Assembly (NCBI GenBank): GCA_003971905.1
Contig: RSEE01000043.1
Coordinates: 248,001 to 312,000, forward strand
Reading direction: 5' to 3'
Length of the DNA: 64,000 nucleotides
Origin: Moniliella sp. 'wahieum'
Taxonomy: Eukaryota
The stretch's first letter is position 1. Each line of letters opens with the position of its first letter. The notes under the pieces were generated by a model. It saw only the letters and a list, made by a program, of their open reading frames with translations, did not search any database and was not told where the DNA came from. Both the position numbers and the translations under genes were made by a program. Shown in pieces: positions 50,204 through 61,944 of the stretch.

Positions 50204-52599
50204 TCACCTCTTGAACTTTTCAGTGGATCCGTCTTTCGGGTGGGCGCAGGACGTCCGTGTCGCGACCGCGACCGCGACCGCGCCCACGCGCCGCACCGCC
50301 GCGAGGATGATTAAACTTGGGGACAAAGCCATCGAGCGTTTGCGTGGGTCGCTGGCCGAAGCGGAAAGGGAAGGGCCGAAGACGAGGAGGGGGCAAACGC
50401 CTTGATGCGAGGCATGAGGTAATCGGGCACATGCTCAAATGGTGTTGCCAGCCAACGCACGTCGTGTGCGCTCATGTCAGCCGTTTGAGCTTGGAGATAC
50501 TCCAACTCTTGCGGATTGTCGTCCCAGTACGAAGCCAGTTTCTCATTGTGCAGCATCTCCCACTTGAGCTCCTGTACGCGCGCCTCCTTGATCGCAGAAG
50601 CGTTGATGGACTTGAGGGCATCAGCGGTACGGTACTTGAACCCCTCGATTTGCGCAGGGTCGTACTCCCATTCAGGAATCTTGGCAGGGGAGCGTTGTTG
50701 TGGTTGGTGGGTTGTTCCGATGTTTGTGGTTGAGATTGGGGGTGGGGGAGCGTAGGGTCCTGAGCCTCTGCCTCTGTATGCGCCGCCGCATACGCCCGCT
50801 GGATGGTACGCCACACACGCGCATCGGACCGGGCCGTGGGGGATGCCACTGTCCTCGCCACCCGGGGCGAGAGGAAGTCTGACTTGCCCACCACGCGCGG
50901 GGAACGACAAAGCTCAGTGCGGTACCGGTGTTGCCCGCGCGGGCAGTGCGACCGATCCGATGATGTAGGCGGTAAGCGAGGTGGGCAGGTCAAAGTTGAT
51001 AACGCAGGCGACCGCGAGGAAATCAACACCGCGAGCGACACTGTACTCGGCTTTGGCCGCTTGATGGTCGGCCACGCGTTCTTCGCGCGTTTTGCGAGCC
51101 TTTTTTCTTTTTCCCTTCGCCTCAGCCGAGGCAGAGGCCAACTTTCGCTTCTTCCCCCGCGTCCTCCTCTTCATCGTCTTCACCGTCGTCACCGTTTTCG
51201 CTCCCCTCCTCGGCCTCTTGCTCTGCCTCGCTCTCCTCCTCTTCGTCCTCATCGTCCTCCTCCTCATCCTCCAAAGCATCTTGTTGGTCGGTAGCGATCA
51301 TGACACCCAACGCGCCCTTGTTGAACGCCTCAACCTTCTTGGCACGTGAGGTGAAGGGCAATTCATGGTTGAGCACCGCGGTGCGCGTAATGCCAAACTG
51401 CTCCAAGAACAATTTCAACCGGTACCCGCGATCGATCGAGTTGACAAAGATGAGCACCTTGCCCCGCACCAAGCGCAGTTTCAAAATCACGTAGAGCAAC
51501 AGGAACTTTTCGGCTTCGGACACGTGGACGCTATACTGGAGCAACTGGGGCCCCTCAGGCCCGTCGTGCGAACCACCACCAAGAAGGCTGTCCTTGATGT
51601 CCAGTTGGATGGGCGTGCGGAGCAAGAGCGATCGCAATCGCTCCACGTCGGGGGTGAGGGTGGCAGAGATGAGGAAGCGTTGGACGCCACCTTTGGCCTC
51701 GGCGGCGGCCCACCAGGACGAGGCGAGCACGTGCGAAACAAACCCGCCCGAGCTAGCGTCATCCGGGGAGGAAGGGAGTAAGTTGTGGCCATAGGACAAC
51801 ATCAAATCTGCCTCGTCAATCACCAACGTTTCCAGCTGCGTCAGGTCCAAGCCGCCACGAGGGGTGTGAGACGAAGAGGACGGGGTGACAAAGTGCATCA
51901 GCCGCGCCGGCGTCGCAACAATCACATCGGGTTGACCTTCCGCCAACACCATCCGAAGCACCTTGGCCGAAATGTCCTTGGCAATGCTGAGCACTTCCAG
52001 GGGGGCCTCGCCCACGCCTGGGTCATCGACGACCGACTTGAGGTCGTGGTGTGGGTGGCGGCTACGCGGGTCCGTCTGACCGCCATGGGTCGACATGGAG
52101 CCCGGAACGTTGGAGAAGGCGGCTGCCGAGCGCCCGCCACAGGCGACGGCCAACGTGTTGAGTTGGGATGTGACTTGCTCGGCCAGTTCCCGGGTAGGAA
52201 CAAGGATCAAGGCGCGGGTCACCTTGCTCTGCCCCGGAGCGGCAGCCTTGGCATCGAGGATTTTTTGCATGACGGGCAGGCCGTAGGCGAGCGTCTTGCC
52301 ACTGCCCGTAGGGGCACGGACAAGAACGTCGCGCAAGCCAAAGGACGCAGCGGGGGCGGAGGCATCGGTCGTGTCGGTGGGTGCAGCAGTTGCGCCGAGA
52401 GCGACGGGGATGAGGGCGTTCTGGACGGGGGTAGGGTAGGCAAAGCCGAGTGCAGACAGGCCGCGGAGCAGCGCGCGTCCAGGATGGAGCCCATGGCCGC
52501 AAAGGTGGGCCGGGTGGAGCGGTGCTTGTGCTTTGCGTGTGCGACGGGCGCCTGCGCCAGCGGCGCCATGGCGGGATCCGAGGCGGCAGCGGCAGCCAT
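50204..52599 (-). CDS. DBP9: ATP-dependent DEAD-box RNA helicase DBP9 (DDX56), 60S biogenesis
   Basis: Q motif PTPVQ; APTGSGKT; PTRELAEQ; DEADLMLSYGH; SAT; EKFLLLYVILKLRLVRGKVLIFVNSIDRGYRLKLFLEQFGI; EYSVARGVDF; IKEARVQELK; HVPDYLMP; DPLK. Confidence 0.95.
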
Positions 52600-53626
52600 C
52601 GGGAGGGAAATGGGGTGGTGGGGGTGGTGGGGGTGGTGAAGGCAGTCGAGTGAGCCTCTCCGCCGAGGCCCGTCGTTTGCTTCCCAAGGCGGCCGGCAAA
52701 AATATTATGGCTGAGCTAAGCCATCGGTGCAACCGCGGCACGAGGGTCTTGTAGCAGAGTAGTGATCATCGATCATCGGTCCTCGATCAGATTATATTCT
52801 TTTTTCTGTCTGGCGCGTGTAGTCGGGGCAAAGGGAGCAGGCCAAGGTTGCTGCCCTCCATCGTTCACCAAGGAAGGGGCGAAAAATACACTCGGATACC
52901 CATCTGGTAGGAAAGGAAGGTTCAAGGAGTGGCGTGCCCGTAGGAGGGCTTGAGATGAAACGAGCAATGGATACTTTTCATCCTCAAGGGCCTCAAGCTT
53001 CACAAGCCGCCGAGTCGGCGTCCCTCAAGCTTCATCCTTCATCAGTCTGAAGGATGTCATCGTGTCATAATCCAGTTACTATATATATGGGGGCAGCTGT
53101 CCGTTCTTTGTGCCATTCATTCCCTGGCTCAGTCCCCAATCGCTCACCAGTCCCCCCGTCCACAATCAGGTGCAGAGGTACTAATATGGACGCTTTCCAC
53201 CCTGAGGCTGCGAGTGGAGACCAAGAGGAAATCGTGCAGGGGTAGAACGCTGAAGCGAGAGTGGTCCAAACCCCCATCAATTAATAGTGAAGAGCACATC
53301 AAGTGCCTACTGGTTGGCTTTGTCTCCCTCAGCCGCCCGACACCCACCCTTGACGCATGCGATCGGATATGTAGCACATGTGAAATGAGATGGACAAAAC
53401 CCAAAGATCTATACAACCCTTCGCCCCGAGCCAACTCCAGACTGAAAAAAGAGGGCCCACTCGGTGTGTGCATTCAATTCCGATACGACGAAACGTGGGT
53501 CGGATACCGTGCAAGGGTACGTAGGGTGGATAGATGTAAGAGAAGTAGCCCCGGCGAACACTCTCCACGTTCAACAGCGTCAAGTCACAACTTCAAGCTT
53601 CAAACTTCAAGCTCAAAGACGGCGGA

Positions 53627-56600
53627 TTAAAGTGGGGGGTTGTTGAGGTCCTGTCGCGATCCCGATGCCGATCCCGATGCCGACGGAGTCGCACTTTTCC
53701 GTGGTAGCTCTCGCTGCAAAGGCAACGACAAGGGCAACGACAGCGGCAAGGGCAAAGGCAAAGGCAAGGGTGGCCTAGAAGAGGGAGGAGCAGGAGGGAC
53801 CCCCGTCGCGAGCGAAGAGGTAGGTGGGGTGGTGGCTAAAGTTGCAGTTGCAGTGGAAGGTGAGGCTGAGGCTGAGGTTGAAGCTGAGGTTGACCTGCGT
53901 GCCACCCTGGGCTCGACAACCAACGAGCGGCGGTAGAGGCGATCGTCATGGGCGGGTTTGCCACTCTGCGGCGCCAAGCGAAGCGAGGTGGTCAACCATG
54001 CTTGTACCTCGGTCTGGGCTTGCAACGCATACACCTTGACACACGGTGGGACCAACCGATCTAGGATCTTGACCGCATTCGCGTACCGAGCCCAGTTGAT
54101 CAGCCGTGTGGTGCTCGGAGCGGGCTCAGTGGTGCGTGACTGGGGGTGAGGGTTAGGATGAGGGTAGGGGCGCAACAATGGTCCCGAACCCCGAGCATGA
54201 CGGAAAGGTGCGTTGCCCTCGAGGGCAAATGTGAGGTCGGTGAGGGCGAGGCCGACATAGGGCAAGTACGGAGTGCCGGCAGCGATGGCCTGGTCCAGTC
54301 GAGCGCGGTAGGCAGCGTAGTTACGAGCTGGGTCGACCAGTGCCGCATGGTCCGCAGCCTTGGCGGCCCATTTGGGCGGCAAGGCTGTCCAAGTCTGCTT
54401 CAAGCGACGCACCGCCGCGCTATCCAGTCCGCCTTGCAGAGCGAAAAAGACGTGCCAGTTGTTGAGCCGCAAACAGCGCTGCGGTCACAAGAGCCAAGAG
54501 GGAAAAGGGAAGGAGTGTCAGTCGTGCGTCGTCTGGGATGGAAGAAGAAAACGGAGGAAAAGGCGAAGGGAGGGGAGGAAGGGGGGGGGGGAGAAGGGCG
54601 TACGTCGGCTATTTTGATAAAATGTCGCAACACAGCCAGTCGTTCCCGTGCCGAGTTGGGAGAGAGGATGGAATGGGCGACCCAACCGACGATCCGATTG
54701 CTCAGGGTGGACAAGGCAGCGAGACCGGTGGGCCCCCAGTCGGCCAAAAGGGAGGAATAGGAAGACGAAGAAGGAGGAGAAGAAAATAAAGGAGAAGGAG
54801 AATGGCAAGAGCCAGAATCAGAAGAAGACGATGAAGAGCAAGGTAAGGAAGTAGAAGAGGAAGAGCCTTGGCATGGCGGACCTGGCCGCCACCACCCTCG
54901 TCCGCAGCGGCCGGACCAAGCGTTCGTTCAGTTGACGAGCACCGGGTCGGAGTCCGGCCCAAGGTGAGAAACTCGTCGGGCGTTATGGTCGCGTACAACC
55001 GACTGGCCAGGACGGTCAACTGTCGTGCCGTCTCAGCAGCCTTGACATCCACCACGTTCCATGCGCCTCGCCAGGCCCGACTCACGTCCCACACCTCCCA
55101 CCCAGCGGGGTGGAGAGGTAAGAACCGCTCGGGATCCACGGGCGCGTATAGAGCTTCTCGATGCCGGCCGTAGCGCCAGCCGAATCCCCAGCGCCAAAGC
55201 GGCAGGATCGCGTCGGATCGTTCGTTGAACCAGCACATGGCCTGGGAGCGGGGCAACCAACTGCATAGCCACCCGATCGGACCCGGTGGATCGCCGTGCC
55301 ACGAGCGTGGCTAGCTCGTCGTCATTGGTGTCCCGCGCCAAGAGGCTCAGGAGGGTGAGAGCCGGTCGGTCGTGCAAGGGGGACCAGTAGATGTCCGAGA
55401 GCCACAGGCGAGCAAAGTGGAGGAGATGCGCACGGCGCGTGTGGCCCTTGGCGCCGGGAGGGCAGGAGGTAAAGCGCTGGTACAAGGTTTGGGCCAGAAT
55501 TTCGGGTGTAGAGAAGAGGCATAGTACGAGCAAACGTATGTGCCATTGTGGGTGGCGGATCGCCCTGGTCGGGGGTGAGAAGGGCAACCAAGGCAGGCAA
55601 GGTGCCGCCTAAGAGCAAGCCATCGGCGTTGCGGACCACGTCCGTTGTTCCTCCGGCTTCCCCGCCAGTAGGGGGAGACTGGAGTTGAGCGGAAGAGTTG
55701 GCTCGAGAGCGCAGGGGCGGGCTGGTAGGTCCTTCAGATGTCCCGAGCAACCCCGACGACGAAGTTCGTTTTCCGGCAAATACAGTGTCGTTACTTGCGT
55801 TGCGCAGGGAAAAGAACAGAGACGAAGCCGAAGAGGAACCCGGGCTAGGAGGGAGCGAAGGCCGTGGTAACAAGGTGCGGTCCCTCGTCCCAGGCGATGA
55901 GAAGGGAAGGACAGGGTCCAACGGGTCGAGGGATGAGTGGATCAGATCACCCGTCGAGGACGCCTCGCCGCACACGTGGGATCGAGGCAGGGCAGAGAGG
56001 CTGCCGGTGCGGTGCGACGTGCGCGGAGGGGGGGCCGCAAGGGAAGCCAGACTGGCCGAGGAACGGAGCATAGTAAAGCTGGCTACTTTGCGAGTAAACG
56101 CCGAGAAGCGCGATCGCGAGTCGGATGATACGGAGGTTGGGGTGGTGGTCTTTCGTAGCAGGGTGCTGTCAGCGCGAGCATCTTCCGAGGCCCCCAAATC
56201 GGTACCTGGCAGAGACCTTACCGGCTCGTCGGGCGCCGGCCCAAGACTCAGGCGCTCTACCCCGAATGCGGTGCGTTGGTTAGGAGGGAGTGGTAGGCAG
56301 CTGGAGGGGGAGAGAAGCATCGTAGGTCGCGAGAGCCAAGGCCGCACCGATCAGCTCCTCTCCTGCCCGTGCCAGAGCAGATCCGGCAGCCAAGGCGGGC
56401 GCAGCGGCGATTGCCGCCTTCTCTGCTTCGGACCGGGGGGGCGTGTCGTCCTCCTCCTGTTCTTCCTTCTTCTTCTCCTCCTCGTTCTCACCCAAGGGCG
56501 GAGAAGGAGAGGTGACAGCACGCACGGATGCAAGAAAGTGGGAAGAAGCCAAATAAAACTCATCGCGTGCCGAAGTGAGACGAGCCAAAGCGTCAGGAGC

Positions 56601-58126
56601 AGATGAAGAAAGAGATGGCGATGCCGAAGTGAGCAACGCTTGTACGATGCTAGCAAGGGTGCGCTTTGCTTATGGGTGGCCAAGGTGGCATCCATTACCC
56701 TGACGATCGTTCCGGAAGCGCGTTGGGCCCAAGGGGTGGGGCCCGTGTGTTCAGCCGCACTGGAGGAATGGAGTAGGACAGCCGTACGAAAATTGGTCAA
56801 GGCAGTGCCAAGTTCGTCCCGCACGTACGCCAGCTGGCCGGACACGAGCGCCCCAGCCCGACTCGGCGCGCCCCGAGCCAACGGAATGGAATCTTGTGTA
56901 CGGGCGGGAGACGACGAAGAAGAGAGAAGGAGGAAGGGAGGCGCAACTGTGTCTGGGTCGGATCCGGAGGGCGGTAGGGAGGCTGGGAACGCGATGGAGA
57001 CTCCGATTGGGATGCCGACCGTCCGGCCTGGGCAACCGAGTCGGAACCAAAACTTCGTGCAGCGTGAAGGGTAGGGCCTCTGCCTTTGCGGGCGCCTACG
57101 GCGCGCAGGTCGCCCAAGCTGCGCATCATGGGTTGCCGGCGCGACGCCGCGATGAGCGGTGCAGCATCGACAAGCGCTACCATCGCCGCAGTCACAGCGC
57201 GCAATTGGGCCAGGAGCGGCGCGCAGGGTCGTGTGGAAGGCGGGGCGAGTCTGGGGTGGGCATATCTGATCCTTCATCTGTACCAACCGAAAGGAACGAA
57301 GACGCGCAGGGTCACCAGCAAGACGATCGGAGAGGAAGAGGAGTTGCTGGAGAGCATGGAGGACTTGGGTGCGATGTAGGGCGACGTCTTGGTTGGCCTG
57401 AACGAGGCGGTCGGTACGGTGGAGACAGCCAAGTGCATCCAGCGTATCTTTGGCCTCGGCCACGACCGCGGCGGTGGCAGGGAGGAAGGAGGCAGGGTGA
57501 GCATTGCTGTCCAAGGCGGATTCCAGCTGGTAGCTAGCCTGGACCAAGGCAGGCGGCAAACGGGACCGATCTGGAGTACTAGGTTCCAAGGGCGATCTGG
57601 AGCCCTGCAGGTCCGGCAGGTCCTGTTGCCTCTCCTCCTCCTCTTCCTCCTCCTCCTTATCCCCCCCGCTCCCGGGGGGTGGGTAGACGGGACGCTTCGT
57701 CTGCAGCGGGGATAGGGGTGACGTAGTTGGAGGGGAACCAGCCACGCTGGCCGTTTGCCATCCCATCCCACCAGCCGCTGGTGTGGCAGTGGAAGACAAC
57801 AAGAGGTTCCCCAGCGGTGAGGGGGATGCAGTTGGGCTGGTGGGGGTGCCAGTCATGGAGGGCGACAACGTCGAGGACGGAGAAAGGCTGGGCGGTGGAA
57901 GGAGAGAGGGTGGAGGTGGGGGTATATGTGTCTTCGTGGGGGGCGAGGACATCAATAGGCAGGTCGAGGGAGCGAGAGAGGGGTGATGGGAAGGGAGGTG
58001 CAGGCCGGTGGTGAGAGGGTCCAAGGCGGGACCAAGGGCGAGGGGGGGAGGGCGAGGGCGGGGACTGGGGCTAGGGCTGGGGTTGGGGCTGCTCTGGGCG
58101 CTGTTGGCGGCAGTGGGGTGCAGCAT
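53627..58126 (-). CDS. CDC25-type Ras guanine-nucleotide exchange factor (REM + RasGEF domains)
   Basis: REM: LLGGTLPALVALLT, FSTPEILAQTLYQRF. Catalytic: ETARQLT, RLAVLRHFIKIAD|RCLRLNNWH, AVRRLKQTW, NYAAYR, PYLPYVGLALTDLTFALEGN, LINW. Intron 54479-54603. Confidence 0.9.
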
Positions 58127-61009
58127 TATGCGGAAGGGTGAAGGTTGAAGGCAAAGGGGCGGTGTTGCCCAAGGAAAGAGTGCGCGTGGACGTGGAGGAA
58201 AAGGAGGTGGTGGTGCCAAGAGCAGAGGGGATGCTCCATCGGGGCCAACGCGTGGTGCGAGTGGCAGGGACTGAGTACGCGGACTGTGGGTTAGTGTGAG
58301 GTGCAAGGACTGGGTCTGTATATGAGTTGGCAGGTGTGAGTTGCGAGGCACTAACTGTGACATGTGTGACCGTGTGGCCCAGGCCGCTCAGACAGAGACT
58401 CGCACTTGCAAACAAACACGCCAGACTGCTAGGATGCGCGATGCGGGTGGATGGGTGCGCAGGCGTACGTACTTCTGAGTGCGTGGGTTGCCAGATCCAG
58501 CCAGTGGCGGCCGTGGCGCCCTGAGCGCCTGAGCACGTCGAGAGGGCAGGTCACGGTGATCGGTGAGTACTCAGACTGAGTACTGTGAGTGAGCGGTATT
58601 GCGGGCCAGTGAGTATGAGTGGCTGAGGGGCAGCAAGAAGAGCTTAGAATGGCAGGCCAAACGCCGATGAATGGTGCGGTGGTGCCAACGCGCCAACAGC
58701 GAGCGATGTAGCCCGGATGTATCTCTCTGGGCGTTGGGGGCGTATCGAGTAGCGAGTCTGACAGATCTGATCGATGATCTCAGATCCAAGGGTTGCCTAT
58801 GCCAAGTTCCATGGAGCGTGACGGTGACGAGTGTCTAGGCGAGTGGGCGACCGGTGAGCGAACGAGTGTGGGGACGGGGCAACATGTGGGGCACGGGGAT
58901 AGGCTTCTCCCTCTCTTGAAGAAGGGAGAGGGCATTGGCCTACTACGCCTACGCCCTTTAAGCGCCCCCAAGCCAAGTGCATGTGGGCCATAACACCTTA
59001 CAGCTAAGGCTTCGCGCTTAGCTTAAGAAAGCGCCTCGGCAGCCTCGGCTAGGTCCGACGGACGTGCACTAAACCAGCAGCCATCTTTGAAAACGTTGAA
59101 CGTCGAACTGGTGGATTGGCGCAACCGATCCTTCTTGCAACCCTGTGCTCCCAGGCTTTAGGCCTTGGGCTAAGGCCGCAGGTGGCCACCTCAGACCACC
59201 AGCCACAGCCTGCCACAACCAACACCCCTCTTCTGTCCGTACTACGTATATATACGCGCCCCATCGGAACATATGCAGGATGCGTGAGATCTCAGAGTTC
59301 TCTCAGATGTGCATATTGCATGCCCGCTTTGTATACGAACACCTGGCACGTGATGCATGACGTGCATGACGCAGGAAGCGAGCTGGTAGGTGGAAGAACG
59401 ACGACGCGGACGAGGCTGGAGCTGCTACAGGTGCTGCTAGCTGCCAGCGAGCGAGTTCCCCCAATAAGCAGTTGTCACATCTCAGATCTCTCGGAAATCA
59501 CATCCTCCGATCTCAGACGATGCACGATGTTACATCGCCCGCAGTGAAGCTTGAAGCTTGAAGCTTGAAGCGGTGAAGCGGTGCCGGTGAAGTAGTACCC
59601 AGTACGTAGTCGGTACCCGTACTCGATAGAGTGTATTCTGTTGCATCACACATGTCACACGTCACAGGTACTCGGCAACTCAGTACTACACCAGTACTCA
59701 GTGTGCTCAGACCCCCTCAGCCGCTCAGCGCCTCAGCGCCTCAGCCTCGGCTGGTCATTGTTTTTCTTGGGCTTCCTTGCCACATGTCCCTGCGGTCTGC
59801 TGTTCCAGCTGTCCTGCTGCCCAGCTGTTCTGGGTCCAGTTGTCCCTACGCCCCTCCTTCGCCCTCATCGGCCGAACCTGGTGTGGGGTTCGTTTCAATG
59901 TTATTTTCCAGGCGCCAGGCTTCCATTCAGCCAGTGTAGGCCAGTGCTCCCACTCTTTCTCTCTATTGTAGTCCATGTCAGAGATTGGTCGATCGGGATC
60001 CCTCTCGTTGAGCGTTGAACGTTGAACGTTGAACGTTGAACATTAATTGAAGTGATTCAATATTCAACTCAGTCTGAGCGCTGAGGCTCCGCGCTCGCGC
60101 TCATTCCTCTCATTCACGTTTCACCTCTCTCCTCACGGCCTCCCGCGCCTCCCGCGTGGGGTGCGGCCTCTGGCATGTGGCCCACAAGGCCGGAATACGG
60201 GCCGAGAGAGAGCATGCCCCTCTCCCGCGCGGGAACAGGCCACAGGAGACCAGTACAGACCGGTAGAGCAGGCCATGATAAAGTCTGGACGGCGACGCGA
60301 TCCGAAATACCCCCCATCCACCGTCCAGCGCCAGTCCCCAGTCCCTGATTCCCGATCCCCCAAGTACCAACTACCAACTACCAAAAGTAGTAGGCATATT
60401 AAGTACGGAATCCAAACTCCAACGTATATATAGTTAGCCACCAGTATGCGCACCATGGAATATAGACCCCCAAACTGGGCCGAGTGCGCAGTGTGTATGT
60501 GGACTGGGTGTGAGAACTGTGAGTATACTGAGATGGGGTCGAGGCCAACTGCCAGTAGGTTGTGAAATAAAACAATAGGTATGCTCGCGCGGTATATACT
60601 CCGGTACTCGCGCGTCTCATCGGATCTATGTAGACGGCGTAAGAGCCTTATATAAGGACGGAACACGTAACGCGTGGGGCCTAAAGCATAAGACCGGCCT
60701 AAGAGGCCTAATTAAGGGTCAAAGCTCAAAGACCGACGATATAGGCAACGTGGCACGTTGCACGGCGCATATGTGTCCGAGAGGGCGGAAGAGGAATGCC
60801 GATGAGCTCCTTTGAGCGCGAGCGCGTGTGAGGAGGAATAAGCGCGTGAGGAATGGTAATGAGCGCGTGTGAGGAATATAAGTACTAAGTATTGAAGAAG
60901 AGTTGTGGGGTGTGTTCAACGTTCAGCTGAACGTTCACACGCGCACGAGTCACTTGGCAAGATGATGGATCGATGTGTGGTTGCCGTGCACTCTCGCCTC
61001 TGGGAGAGC

Positions 61010-61080
61010 TAAGCAAAGCAAAGCAAAGCAAACAAAACAAAGCAAAACAAAGCAAAACAAAGCAAAACAAAGCAAAAGCA
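61010..61080. repeat. (AAAGC/AAAAC)n microsatellite
   Basis: aagcaaagcaaagc..aaaacaaagcaaaacaaagc seen directly. Confidence 0.9.
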
Positions 61081-61840
61081 GTCTACCCTCTCATTCATAA
61101 GAAAAGAGGTCATATATACCTTCTATATGCCTCAGTGCTACCCCCCCCCCGCCGCCATCCACCCCGCTTGCTTCAGCTTCTTCACAAGATGAGTGGGGTT
61201 TCAACGGGCACACCTTGACGCGTGCCGCTTCCACCTCAATTCCCAACGTTCGATTAGCACCCTTCCACCCTGTGCCAGGCCAATTACAGGAACTTGTTCC
61301 TCAGCTTTCACCGCCCGCATCACTCATTTCTTTGTAACTCTCATTTCATCGTTTGATTAGTCTCTTTTGTTCCAGTTCAATGTGCTTGGAACCTGCGTCC
61401 GTTGGTTTTTTGCCCCCCCCAGATCGTCCGATCGCTTATAGTCTAGCTCATCCACCCATCTACCCGTCGCCCTAGACGGGCGCGGGGGCGGGCTCGAATC
61501 CCACTCATCAGGAAAACGCCATATATGGGGGGGGCAAGCGACTAAGGTAGGAGAAGAAGTCCTGGGGGATGGAACCCAGCGAGGGCGCTCGTAAGGTGCA
61601 CCAATAAATAGATGCTGGACAGCATAAATCTCTAGATTGCATCTCTATCATTGACAGGGCTTAAGGACAGGGCTTAAGGCTGGGAAAAGGGAAACGCTAC
61701 GTCTACCGAACCGTTCATCTTGCGGGGGTTGCTTGGAAGCGCCACCAAGGCTAAGGAGCCAGGGGGGTCGCCACAGGATATCAGGACCCTCAGGTTCTTG
61801 CCATCCGATCCCGTACCCTAGGTAGCGCGTGTGGACCAGC

Positions 61841-61944
61841 GTGGAATGGTGAACCGGGGGAACGGTGGCGATGGCGGACCGGGGGAACGGTGGCAATGGT
61901 GGACAGGGGGAACGGTGGCGATGGTGGACCGTGGGAACAGTGGC
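61841..61944. repeat. 25-bp G-rich minisatellite, about four copies
   Basis: gggggaacggtggc(g/a)atgg(c/t)ggac(c/a) units start at 61856, 61881, 61906 and 61931. Confidence 0.9.

Noticed and set aside
61463..61480. CTA in a hairpin loop as an amber-suppressor anticodon
   Set aside because: The loop is 6 nt (GCCCTA), lacks U33, and CTA is not centred; there is no proper D-arm
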